This document shows, piece by piece, positions 20,523 to 32,725 of a stretch of 64,000 nucleotides of DNA. The stretch covers positions 1 through 64,000 of the forward strand of contig JAADVB010000060.1 of the NCBI GenBank assembly GCA_023334545.1, given 5' to 3'. A program made the position numbers and the translations under genes. This stretch comes from Salisapilia sapeloensis CBS 127946 (lineage: Eukaryota; Protista; Oomycota). The notes beneath the pieces are model-generated. The model made no database searches. It was not told the origin of the DNA and saw only the letters and a program-made list of their open reading frames with translations. The number at the start of each line of letters is the position of its first letter. Within the stretch, counting starts at the first letter, position 1.

Positions 20523-22096
20523 TTAGGCAGCTTTTCCTTCCGTGATGCCTTCCATTCGATCCAATACGGTCTTGTAGAGCTTACTCTCTTCGCCGTGGGT
20601 GATCTGAAGCATCTCAAGTGCTTTTCTACCTATTATGACGGCTTTTGAATGGTTTGATGGAGAAGCCATTAAAGTGATGTCCAAGAGTGTCGTCAGGTAG
20701 ATGCTCGCCATGGGGTGAGGTCCGGCGTACACCCAGTCATAAAACGCTAGAATGTCAGTTGCATATAATTCTGCAGTAGCAAAGTCATTTCGCTCTAATG
20801 CCTGGTTGGACATTGTTGTCATGGCTTGTAATATATGCGAGTTGTGTGGATGAAGTTTGGTCTTTAAGCGTTGATAGATCGCTTCCTTGTCATCTGTGGT
20901 TTGTAGTTGTCCAAGGAGAGTATCGACTTCCAGTTTTTCACTTTCAGACCATTCATTTTGCGGTATTCCATCGTATGAGGCATCCAACACAGCGTCACGT
21001 TGGGCGCTGTCTGACATTGGGACGGAGCACCGGCTGCAGTTACAAGTAAAGTGATATCTATCTTGTAGATGTTCCTGTCTTTTAGCACGAGGCAGTGCTG
21101 CATCCACTATGTTTCCATGTTAAGATTCGACGAGTGAAAGATCTCGTAGGAACGTACCGTAGTTGATCGTTACTTCCTCACCAGGATGCAAAGTGTGCAG
21201 TAGACGCAACGTCAACGTGTGAGAGTCTTCATCAAACCTGCACACGAGCTTAAGTAAATGAAACATGGAAGAGAGATCTAGAGCATGTACATGACGGTGC
21301 AGTTGGCATCACAGCTGTGGTTGGCCATGGAGGCTAGAGGGTAGCATCCAGCACCCAATGGATAGAAACGCTCGTCACAAATTGTAAAATTGTTATTTTT
21401 GAATCTGCTGAGCATTCGCGTGAGGTCACTGACGTCATGCTCCCTTGCTATTGCCACATAGGTTTAGATATGATGTGATCTATAGTGTAAGAAGGGTCTG
21501 TACCATCCAAAAGACCGATTTTAACAGCTAATCCGGCAATGAGGGTGAGTACTTGGTCACAATCTTCTTCGAACCAGACCATGTCTGCCGGAAGAGGGTT
21601 TTGATTCACCCCAGCTTCAGCATTTGTCTGGTGACTTGTCAGGAGACGAGAGACTCTCCCGAGAAGGAGAACATCAGCAATAAGTGCCGCCGTCAAGTTG
21701 AGTTTCACAAGGTCTTTGAGTTTCTTGCATTCGACCTTGTGATGTGGTTTCCAGTCCGCTGCTTGGCACTGTCGAGAGCCTAGTTGTGAGAATATCAATT
21801 ACAATTAAGTAATAATAAGTATATCAATGCATCTTACAATAGTAGACGGTTTTGCAAGAGCCACATCGCTGCAGTGATCGTCCGATATCAGCCTCTTGGA
21901 AGCAAGTATGACAGCGAGTAGACCACATCTCCGGGTCCAGCATCTTGGCAGTTGGTTCAGTGCGTAAAATGATCGTACCATCTTCTACTGGTGATGCTAT
22001 GCTATCTTTCAGATAGATACCACGACCATGGTCGCCTGACACGTCTCCATTATTGCCGGAAGCGTCCGAGCTGCTGATGCATATCAAAGCGTTCAT
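20523..22096 (-). CDS. SET and MYND domain lysine methyltransferase (SMYD family), multi-exon
   Basis: HGRGIY (SET-N), MYND finger CHTC..CGSCKTVYYC|SRQCQAADWKPHHKVEC, ASMANHSCDANC near 21300-21370, GEEVTINY, post-SET YHFTCNCSRC, and a helical TPR-like tail. Confidence 0.85.
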
Positions 22097-22173
22097 ATTT
22101 ATTGTCAGCAGGTCGTTCCAATGTTGCGTTGAGGTTGTTCAATCTAGAAGAGTCGTTGAGCAGCTTCAAGGTC

Positions 22174-23187
22174 ATGGGGATCGAGTGGTCGTCTGCACAA
22201 GTGCTTCCTTCAGGGGTTCGACAGAGGATCTGGACGAACGATGGAGGTTTGTATGGTGCTAGAAAATCCATGCCCATGTCAGAAGCACTTGTAATGTGCG
22301 ATGATGGAGATTTGCTTCTTAGTCGAGCGAATGTCACGGTGACAACGAGCCGACAAGTGTCCATGCCTCCGGAGATTGTCAAGAACATTGTCGACATGGT
22401 TCATGGTGATTTCTCATCAGTCCATGCTGCAGATCTACCAAGTAGGTTGTATATTTGATTTGAATTTAAAAAAATGAATCATGTAAATGATGTGTGGAAG
22501 TTTGGAATAGGCAAGTAGATCTATTTTGATATGCTTATCTACGCTTCTTAAGGTTTATCTAGATGTGGTATTCTGCTACGAAAGGATGGAGAGCTGCATA
22601 TTCTACACGCTGACAAAGACGGTCTCAGCTTGGGTCGTCTGGAAGATGTTCTTGAGGCCGGGTCCAAGCGCAACGACAAGGTATGGAAACCTACCTACTC
22701 TCTTTGTCGCACTATCCATCACCCTGCGTAGTTTGCAGTCCGGCGATTCCGTTGTCCAGAAGCATTTGAGTCCATCATAAGTTTAAAAAGCGAGATAGAA
22801 ACCACAAATTGTCCAAGATGGACCAAATTAATCGAGGTGCTGTCGAAGAAAGATACAAGCCAAGCAAATGCAGTCGAGTTACCACCAAGCCTACGAAAAG
22901 TTCTGACAAGAACCTTACAGCTCTATCTCTGCCAGACGGCAACTCCGTCCACAACAGTCGTTCCTGTACACCAAGATCCTATCGCAACACTCAACGCAGC
23001 CTTGATCGTCGCTTTCTACGAGCACCTTGCAGTCGTTTCGCCATCACAAGCCAACTCCACTAGCTATGACGCTCTCCATCCGTCATCTCTCGCGTCCTAC
23101 CCATGCCAAAACTTTAATCACGTCCGGTTCATATCCGATACACTTCTCGCCACGGAAGCTGCACTCATCAATCGTTCATGTCAATAA
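22174..23187 (+). CDS. Hypothetical protein, probably 3 exons, head-to-head with SMYD
   Basis: First ATG at 22174 (MGIEWSSAQ). The middle exon reads SRCGILLRKDGELHILHADKDGLSLGRLEDVLEAGSKRNDK in a frame other than the listed 22526 ORF. A GTATGG..CGTAG intron then joins FAVRRF.. continuing in frame into the 22837-23187 ORF. No family recognised. Confidence 0.55.
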
Positions 23188-23379
23188 ACAAACAGCCTGC
23201 ATGGTTGCAATGATCGAAAGCGAAAACTGTTTTATTTTCGTCGTTGGCAGCATCCTAGCTTCAAAGCTCGTAATCCTCCGCTCATTCCATTCTTATCCTC
23301 CATACAAATCCTCCTTCGCTGCACCTTCACATCCAAGTATACTCGACAGAAATTCAAAGCGTCTGTTCCATTCTGAAAC

Positions 23380-26300
23380 TTACGACTGTGTAGATTCGGC
23401 CATGACCGCATCCGACGTCGTTGAACTCGTACTCGCAGCGGCATTCGACCGCGCAGCCTGTTGTTGCAAGTACCGCCGCATGTCCGCACAACGCTGGACC
23501 TTGCACTCGTCATACGGCTTCGTGCATTGTCTCGCGTGCGCAGCCAAGACACCACGAATGCGTCGGCACAGCAAACACGCTTGGCGTTGCTCACACGACC
23601 GTTCGTGCTGCAGCATCGCGCGCATGCGCTTGCAGTGCATGAACGTACACTCTGGATCCGTACAAGTGCTCGAGTGATCTAGTTGCACGAGCAAATTCGG
23701 GTCTACATTATGAATCCTTCGCTGCTTGTTCTTCTCCGTGTTGCTATCCGCAGACGTCTCCGTGTGGTCAGCAGACGCAGGCGATCCGGCAGGAGACGCC
23801 TGCTGCAACTTGCGCTTGCGAGTACTCTTCGGTGTCTTAGTAGAAGAGGTAGCCTGCTTCTTCTTCGAAGGACGACCTCGTCCGGCAGGAGGAGATGGGT
23901 CCTGCGCGAGTGCAGCTGCAGTGTCCTGTGCTTCGATCGCGACGGGGTCGTCGAGAGGAAGGCCGGCACCAGGACGAGGGATGGGGACGATTTTGAAGAG
24001 ATGGAGCGTGTGCTCGTGCGTCGACTTCGCCTTGCAGTCATCACAGAGGTTGAACACAGGGCAGACAGAGCAGTTCCATCGGTTGCCACTGACGAGTGCT
24101 GTTTTGCATCGAGAGCAGCTGAAGGTAAAGCCTGTGGTACCTTGGTTGAATAGATGATACAGGACCATCATCGACGAATGCTTTGCACGTCGGAGCTGAT
24201 CGAACTGGCAGTGGTTGTTCTGACAGTACATGAGGAAGGCCTCGCGAGTGTCAAAGATCTCGCACGGCATGACCACATCATCGATCTCACCGTCACTCTT
24301 GCGCGTCGCTTGCTCCTTTCCTTCCTCCGTCTTCGTGTCTTTCGACTCCCCTTCCGTTGACTCCTTCTTGACATACGCATCGAGACTTTCCTCCTTCTTG
24401 TCACTTGTACCTGCCTCTATCTTCTCTTCTTTAATAGCTGGTGCCTTCTCCTCTTGCTCTACCGTCGGCTCGACGTACTCGAGTGTGAGTGGGAACTTCA
24501 GTTCTTGCAGATCCAAGTCGGTAAGTTCTGACGCCGACGCCTTTTCATTCGAAGCAGCGAGTCGTCGACCGACTTCCTCCGCACGTTTGACACCAACAGC
24601 AGCCGTCTCGAGTCGACTGGATAACTGCGTCTTGTTCGCTTCATAGCAAGAGGTGCAGTAGTAGTGCTGATAGTGTCGTGGCGGAGTGTTCCGGACACTA
24701 GAAGACGACGGCCTGATCTTCTTGACAGCTTCTAGGAGATTTGCGACGGCTGCAGACGGCTTGTGGGTCGTCAAGTGCCAGTAGCCTTGGTTGACCATCG
24801 CTTGACCACACTTGTGGCACTTTGGATAGAGGTCGACGACAAAGAAATCATCTTTTTGTGGCTCGAGAATGCCTTTTAGTTTTTGCATGAGCGGATCAGG
24901 ATTGACGACGACCTTATTGGGTGTACTCGGCCTGTTCATGGCCTTGCCTCCTTTCTTCGACCTCGACTTGGATGCACTACGTGTCGCAGCGCCTTTCGGT
25001 TCTTTATCCTTTTTCCCTCTCTTCTTCTCGTTCGTCTGCTTCTGGTACGACGACGACTCTTGGACAGGTGAAGCCGTTGGACTCTTGGCTTCCATCGTCG
25101 AGACAGAAGTCTCTTGTCCCTCCGCCGTTTTCTCTCCACGACCATTCGCAGGTTTCTCCTCTAACTGTTTAATCAAGTCTTCTGCTAATCGAGGCCAGTA
25201 GTCTCCTTCAAAGTACGGCAGATCGACTGCGCGTTTCTTCTTGAGATAGTACTCGGCATATAGGTTGGAGATATTGACGACAAGACCTTCTTTTTGAGCA
25301 GCCTTGAGTAGTTTCTGATACCACTGTCGTAGTCGAGCAGACTTGGGGATCTTCTGGTTCTCAGGCTTGCAGAAGAAGATGTAGTCATCACCTTTTAGTG
25401 GCGGACAGGACCAAATGTGTGCCGTGTGAAAACCTCGATTCTTACAGTCTTCAAAGAAGCCCAACATGACTTGTTGATGCATGAGCGTGCGGAACTTTTT
25501 CGGTAAAAAGAAATTGACAGAGTCCAAGTACGACACGTACACGCGTCCAGCGTTTGGAGACAACGAGTCAGGACCGTACTCTTGGACATAAAGCGTAAAG
25601 ATAAGCACGTCGACACCTTCAAGCTCTTGGAAGACACAAATGCAGCGAGATCGGTACGTTAGTTGGAGAGAAGAACCATTTCCGCTCTTCGTCTGCTCTT
25701 TGCCATTGCTCTGGCTATCTGCTCCTGACCTTTTCCGTTTAAGCGATCGTTTCTTTGGTGTCTTCGTACCTGCAATCTCTAAGGAAGCGTCTGTCTGGCC
25801 TTGACTCTGGCCTCCGTACTCTTCTTCTAGTAGCTTTCCTAGTCTTGGCTTTACTTGCACTTGCTTTTCGACACTCAGGACTTCACGTATAGTGATACGG
25901 AGCTTGGTGTCGGACTGGACAGGTTCACTACCACGCACTGTCCCAACACGGTCGGAGCTCCCGAGGTTTCCCATACGATAGTCTTCCTCCTCTTCTGCTT
26001 GCTTTAGAGACCGAAGGACACGCTCTTCGATCAACTTGGCCATACGCGTAAGAGGCAATCGGCGGGCTTTTAACCCGTTGTCGACCGAAGGTGGCACGCC
26101 AGACGCACGCTGCTTCTTCGTGCAGACGGGACAGACGAAGGGTTCTTGCTCGCCAGAGATCGCGTGGTTGCGTTCGTTGAATAAAGCGCAGATCTGGTGG
26201 TACCAGAGCTTACATGCGTCACATTCGACCCACGGTTCTTCCGCGACTTCACTGTTCTTCCGCTTCACAAGCGATGATTTCGTGAGTACGCCGTCGAAAG

Positions 26301-29235
26301 GAGCGATTCCACCTGGCGCAACCTCAGACGTCTCGGCCGTCGGTACAGATAGCTGTGGCAAGGCAGACATGTCGATAGGACCGTCCTTCATCTGCTTGTA
26401 GCAGTTTGAGCACCAGTGATGCTCGCCTCGTGGATCGCTATAGTAGTGCGTATGACGACGAATACGTCCGCCACAAGGACCGCTGCAGAAGAGCATGCAC
26501 GGAGCAAACTTGAACGAGTCGCCACCACAGAGCTGACAGATTTCATCTCGTCGCTGCTCACATCGTTTAAACAATTGGTTCTCGAGCTGTTTTTTCAGCG
26601 AAGCAAGCGATCGGTTGAACGACGCTAAGAGCTGTTTGGCTGCCTGGTTGAACTTGTTCGCGCTACTATTGTACGCGATGCAGTTTTCAAAGACAAGTCG
26701 AACGTCTCCGGCAAAGGCTTCGACACTATTGTAGTGTTCATTCTCCAATCGTTTCTTGATCGTCCCTAAGTCCATGGGACACTTGACAATATCAAAGTAG
26801 TCTGGGATATTCCATTGGACAGGATCCACAGGCGAGTTAAACGTCCATCCGAACTCACTTTCCATGAGTTTCGTTAATAATGGCATTAAACGATTCTTGA
26901 GTTCCGGAAGGGAAATGTGACCACAGAAGCTAAAACGTAACGACCGAATGTGTTCCTCCAACTGCTCCGCGGACATGGAATCCAGGTACGAAATGTCTTG
27001 GTCGGAAGAGTGCTGACCGTTCTGTAAATCAGCCTGTGTGCCACGTACCACAAGTCCATTGAGTACCATCGGCTCTGCTTTGCCTCGACCTCGCTGGGTC
27101 TTCGCCTGTGCTCGCGCTTTGGCAACCTTGGCTTGCTCCTTACGCCGCATCTTTTTCTCCTTTTCACTCTGCAGTCGCACTGGTTTCTTCTGTCCGGACG
27201 TATCGGCTGTGTCACTCTCATCGACACTTTTGTCCATGATTCCATCGCCACTCGCGTCTCCGTTGGAAGCTTGCGAACCGGTTTCGTGGTTCGAAGCGGA
27301 TGTCGTAGCGTTGATAACTGCTGTCGTGGTGTTCATGACCTTGACGAGCGCACGGACATTGTCCGGAGCTTGATTCGCATGCGTCTGGAGTTTGGTCGCG
27401 TCTCCTTTCGCAGCATCTACGAGACGAATGGCATGCTGGACAGGTCCACAGACGTCGCACTTGAGCTTAGAGCATTGCTTAAAGTGCGACAAGACGTATC
27501 TAGACGATATGCAGTGCTCCGTTCGACACTGCGGCTGCTTGCAACTGCAAATGTGTTTCCACAAGAGCTTCATGCCACTGCAATACGGAAGCGGACACGA
27601 GTCAGAGTTGCAAGTGCTCACGTGGCGTAGCATACACAACCGTTCTTGCTGCCTACGAAGCACGAGCTTCTGTTCATTCTCGTTCAGACGTGGCCTAATG
27701 GCACTACAGACATCGCATCGAAGGTTCCGACACTTGCGAAAGTGAGAGAGTAGCTGCCTTGTGGATTTGCATCCGACTGTCGCACAATTCGCATCTGCAC
27801 AGCGTGATACGTGCGCGAGAAGAGCTCTAGTGCGCCCACAGTACTCGACGCTACAGTTATTCGAAGAACATGTGCGAGCGTGCTTTAACTGGATGAGTCG
27901 CCTCTTGAGCTCCTCTCGTTTCTGCGCGATCGAAGCGTCATTCATCGGCACTGCAGCTGGCCTCGAGTTCCCAGATCCATCAAATGATCCGCTCGTGTTC
28001 ATTGCCATGCTAGAAGAAGCTGCTTGTCGCTGCTGCATCTGCTGTAGCTGTTGCATCCGCCTCAATTGCTGCATCTGTTGCATCTGCTGCATTTGCTGCA
28101 ACTGAGGACCAGATAGACCCATCGTCGAGTACATACCAGAGCTCATGGCAGGCGCTGAAACCATAGCAGGAGACTGCTGCTGGCTACTAAAGTTACCAAC
28201 AGAGCCACTTGACATGCCACCGCTCATGTCCAATGGTACACTCATCGGCACGCTGTTGAACTGAGCAGATGACACTGCTCCGGCGTTCATGGCACCAGAC
28301 GTATCGCTTCCATCACCAAACCCAGCGACTGCTTTCGCACCTGGTTGTAGCTCCGATGCAGGCATCTCTATCGGTTTATCACTAATCCCGTTCGCCATTT
28401 CATTCGTCTCTCGTTCGAGTTCATCAAGAATAGACGCGTTGTTGGCGCTCATGGAGCTACTGCTAGCAGCCATCGGCATGGACGTTGTCGATGGGTTCAC
28501 TTGACTTGTACCCATGGATGCCATGGGTTGTTGTGAGAAAGGAGCGCTGGACAGACTATTTCGGGACGACTGGAACTGCGCTGCGAGTTGCTGCTGCTGG
28601 CGTTGTAATAGCTGCATTTGTTGCTGCTGAAGCTGTTGCTGCGTCTGGTCTGGATTAACGGACGTCGACTGAGCTGAAGTACTGGCATTGGATGGAGCAG
28701 AGGAAGCGGACGGATTCTGCTGCCGTTGCTGTCTCCTGGAACTGTTGAGAGCTTGCTGCAACCGAGCTTTTAAAGTGTGCAAGTCCTTGTACTCGTCCTT
28801 GGACTTCGCACCCATGTAGAGCATGTGCTCTAGCCTCCTTGCGATCTCACGTGGATTGTAATCAGCCGATTGCGGTCGATTGGAACTCTTCATGATCAGC
28901 GTAAAGCTAATATATGACCGTTCGTTTAGCTATAATGAATACGAGATATGAAGATGAGCGTACATTATTTTAGCGATTTGCTGCCGAGTAGATCGGTCTG
29001 CATCCTTGTCTCTCCAATCCGAACCTCCGTTTGACATGGTAGCACTTACCTGACCAGTACCATTACTTGTACCGACCGTATCGTTCGTGCCAATAGATTT
29101 CGAGTCAGCGCCAACACCGGATACTCCCGTATGTGTTCCTTCGCTTGCAACTGGACCTGCTGGAGAGGATCCTAGTGCCGAATCGTCTTCGTTTGTTTCC
29201 CCCGTATTGGCCCCTGACTCGACCGTAGAGTTCAT
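23380..29235 (-). CDS. CBP/p300-family histone acetyltransferase (KIX-like, Q-rich, 2 TAZ, bromodomain, PHD, HAT, ZZ, TAZ), 2 exons
   Basis: Intron 28907-28963 joins the 28930-29235 exon. Bromodomain FNSPVDP..PDYFDIVKCPMDLGTI..VRLVFENCIAYN; HAT YVSYLDSV, HIWSCPPLKGDDYIF, PYFEGDYW; ZZ CSRC..CSVC..LCDDC..H.H; TAZ HARTC..C..C. Confidence 0.95.
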
Positions 29236-30187
29236 GCCCTAGAACCACGTTGTTAAGATCTTGTTTATAGGCGTAGTTGGGATAAAAATATACGTTTGAT
29301 GTCGTGGCAGTCGAGTTCGCAGTAGGTTCCGTGCTAGATTGTGGTGGCATCGATTGCTCTAAAGCGGACATGCGCTGCTAAAAACAGAATCCTACACTGC
29401 CCGTAACGATCTTCCGACTATGGATTGCCACAAGAAAATTGTCAATCAGGACTGCGAGGCATGCGTTAATACAGCACACTCACGTTGCTACCTTTTCCTA
29501 CAGTTTGCAAGCTTGGTGCTGCAGGAATATCGCTTTTCGAAAGATTAAACTGGAAATCCAAAGCTCCTAGAGAATTTCAATCCAATGTCAGTATATGCCG
29601 TTTAAATCATCCAATATGGACTATAAAAGCACGAATGGATGTACACATCCAGTCCGATGATAATCAAACGTCATGGACATCCATACGCAGAAATATAGAT
29701 AAGGAGACTACTTTATAGTTTCACTTGCAAGTTACATTTTATACATACCGAAAGAGAAGATTTGACTTGGATTTTGTATGGAAACGATGTTCGTCCCAAA
29801 AAGAATGCTGATCCTCCGAGCGCCGAGGGACAGGCCAGGACGAGGCTAGTGCGGTAAAAGGCCTCTTTTAGGGAACTTGTGGGATCGAAGAAGCGAATAC
29901 GTGAGGTTCTCCGCGTCTGCGATGTCGACAGGAGCGACGGAGCCGTCTCAAAAACTGTCACGTAGTAGAGGAGAATTACCTTTGTTTTTCTTTTTCTCTT
30001 CCCCCCGAACCAGAAATATTTGCCGCCACATGATTGGTCCGTTTGTCCCGTTTAATCTGGATGTATAAATATCCACCACCGGGTCTCGAAATAGTAACCC
30101 TGTTCAGGACTAAATCATCGATAATGGATCGTGAATTGTCATGACGGCAACTTAATCTGTACGATTTAACGTACGAAAAAAGACGAA

Positions 30188-31125
30188 TTAATGCATTTTG
30201 TGTACGAAAGAAAAGAAAAAAGAAAGAAAGTGGCCACTATCCAAATTATTATTGTAGAGTCTGCTACTAGCGTGAATAACGGCAATTTGTAGATGCAAAA
30301 AGCTAACTTTTAATGTGGTAATCTTCGTTTTGTGTTTTCCAAGATTGATATCGACAAGACAGATTTCCCCCCTGATTGTTATTATGCTTGGATTAGTCTT
30401 TTCGACGGCTAAAAAGTAATCATCTTTTTTGGTGTTGCTTTCTCGAAGCCTGGATACACTCAGCTCTGCACCTTGCTCCTTTTCGACGATAAGTAGACAG
30501 CAATGGAAACCCATCCGGATCGATAGGAATGGTTCAGTTTTGCTTTTTATTTTCGATATGCCTTGCTCAATTCGTATAGGAGTTATCTTCTCCTGATAAC
30601 AATAGACACGCAATAGCTCTCTTGTTCTCCCTTCGATCTTCTCTTTCGTTTTATCTTCGAATAGAAATTCTACCTTTCTACAGCTTAGAAATCAATGTCC
30701 AGGATCATAATCAAATAGGCCTAACTTACTATCCATTACACGAGCGTGAAATGCATTCCACTCTTCTTTCTCTCTTTTATAACCTCATGCGCGAGAGCTT
30801 GCTTTTATTCCGCACGAAGTGTTAGTTTCCAAAGATGACAGAGATGCGATCACGATCCGATAGTCAAGGCGTAGCCATACAAGACAATATTCATAACCTC
30901 GGTTTTTAGTATCGCCTCTGGATTCAACTAACGTGAACAAGTCCAAGGAAAATCTATTGGCAAGATATATTCAAGAAACATTGAGCGATTGGAAGGTTTA
31001 TGGCGGATATCATACAGCGCCCAATCGACAGCATTAGCGTGTCATTTGATTGTCTGGGTTACAACCAAAACAATAACTTCAGTTGTACAATCAAACCATT
31101 CACGATCCTCTACTTCTACACGTTG
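30188..31125 (-). pseudogene. Degenerate low-GC coding remnant of unknown, possibly foreign or mobile-element origin
   Basis: The frame of ORF 30188-30613 extends to 30997: 269 codons with only three internal stops, all TGA (30973, 30787, 30694). An adjacent frame continues protein-like to about 31125. Two sampled 60-nt lines are 35% and 40% GC, below the flanking genes. No family recognised. Confidence 0.45.
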
Positions 31126-31648
31126 CTAGCTACCACTTTTATTCACTTTACGAGTAAGTTAAAATGTAGAGAAATTTTACAGGAAAGTACAAATTGGAAA
31201 TGACACGCAGCTTTTGGTAGATCCCACAAAAGCGTAAACACGTCTAATCTTATGTTCATGATAGGGATACTACGCCTAAAGCTAGCATACACCCGTACAT
31301 CATAACTGATAATTTCAAAGGCGTAAACTAATTCGTAATCGGCATTTAAACTAAAGGAATTCTTTCATAGATAGTGGGCCCTCTGCAACGAGAGGAGACA
31401 ACAGAAATTGGAATAGGCTACAAGAGCCTCTTCACGGGGTTTGGATGTAGTTTTCAACTAGCAATCACGACGACTCAGCTAGAGCTTCAGTGCCGATCGT
31501 TTTGCCCCAAGCGCAAAGATGCTCACATAGATGTTCTAGCATTTAATTTATACTCTTTTCAAAATACTACTGGTTTCAACATACTTTATCACTTGTTCTA
31601 ACGGACGCTCTAGGAGCCGCACACAAACCACCACCAGAACAACGAGCC

Positions 31649-32225
31649 ATGGCGGAGACTGAGGTACCTACCGGCGGGAGCAAGATCATGCATGACACAG
31701 CCCAAGGGGCGGCCTTTGGCTTTATCTATGGCTCGATCCAGTCCGTCTGGGCCATCCCGCGACTCGGAGACCAGCTCCCGAAGCTGTCGATGCAGCTGAG
31801 CCACATTGGTCGCCACACGATGGTCTTTGCCGGCGTTGGTCTTCTCTTCTCTGCTAGTACCGAATTTGCTGTACGTGTTTTCATATGCACAATTGTGTCA
31901 TGACAAGTTTGCATGTATATTAATATGTTGGTATATACTTGCAGGAAGCTATTCGCGCCAAGGACGATGCGATCAACGCTGGTGTTGGTGGTCTCGTTGC
32001 CGGCACGACTATCCCAGCGATGCTGACGAAGAACGCTCGTCTGGCTGCTGCTACAGGAGTCATCGCCGCGGCTGGCATGACTGCTGCTTCCTTCTGGTAC
32101 GACTCTCCTTCCTCAAATACACCGCGAAAGATCATTAACGTGATATTGCATCGTACGACAGGGAAAAACAGAGTGACAGTGCTTTCGACAAGTATCGTGA
32201 ACGTCGCTTTGCGGATCGCCGCTAA
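31649..32225 (+). CDS. Tim17/Tim22/Tim23 (PRAT)-family mitochondrial membrane protein, 3 exons
   Basis: Introns 31871-31944 and 32097-32161. GxxxG-rich TM helices GAAFGFIYG, FAGVGLLFS, and EAIRAKDDAINAGVGGLVAG (PRAT-like RxKDDxxN motif). Ends WEKQSDSAFDKYRERRFADRR*. Subfamily (e.g. NDUFA11 vs Tim22) not resolved. Confidence 0.8.
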
Positions 32226-32725
32226 GACGTGTCTTGTGGACTTTTCACGTCCGATGTAGCCAACTCCAAGGACGATGGAAATACAGTCTTCCTTTTCTTT
32301 TCTACTTGGCACAAGCTCACATAGTCATGAGGTCAGATCTATCCGTACTTGTCGCCACTTGTACAGGGGAGAATCGTATGAGGAATCGCATGCGACCTTT
32401 CCACTACCAGCTTGCATTTAGACTTGATTTCACTATGGTTTCCTCTACCGCACGTCGCTATTCTTAAACCACGCCGTCGGTTCATCTCTAGAGAAGTAGA
32501 CGTGCTTGTAAAGGCAGAAGCATACGTCTATTCAGTCTTGGTCTATCTTGTTCCTTGTATCACTTGTCTAGTGCAAGGGTAGACTTGTCTTCGATATCGG
32601 CACAAGTATTCTTTCGTTCTTCCTAGATCCTAGTTATCCGGTAGAGAGTACCTGCTACTGGTCATTTTCTCCTTGTCGATCAAGTTTAAGGCCATTTTCC
32701 AAGTGCCGATTGAGAACAAGGTCGG

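Noticed and set aside
22526-22780. 84-aa ORF as listed in the track
   Set aside because: The splice-compatible, more protein-like reading of this exon is in a different frame.
28030-28110. CTG/CAG-rich microsatellite-like runs
   Set aside because: They simply encode the QQM/polyQ tracts of the CBP activation region.
29866-29873. TTTTAGGG telomere-like unit
   Set aside because: Single copy with no tandem array.
30206-30232. Purine run followed by TG, resembling an LTR polypurine tract
   Set aside because: No second LTR, primer-binding site or gag/pol motifs in the window. It is more simply a T-rich tract on the minus strand.
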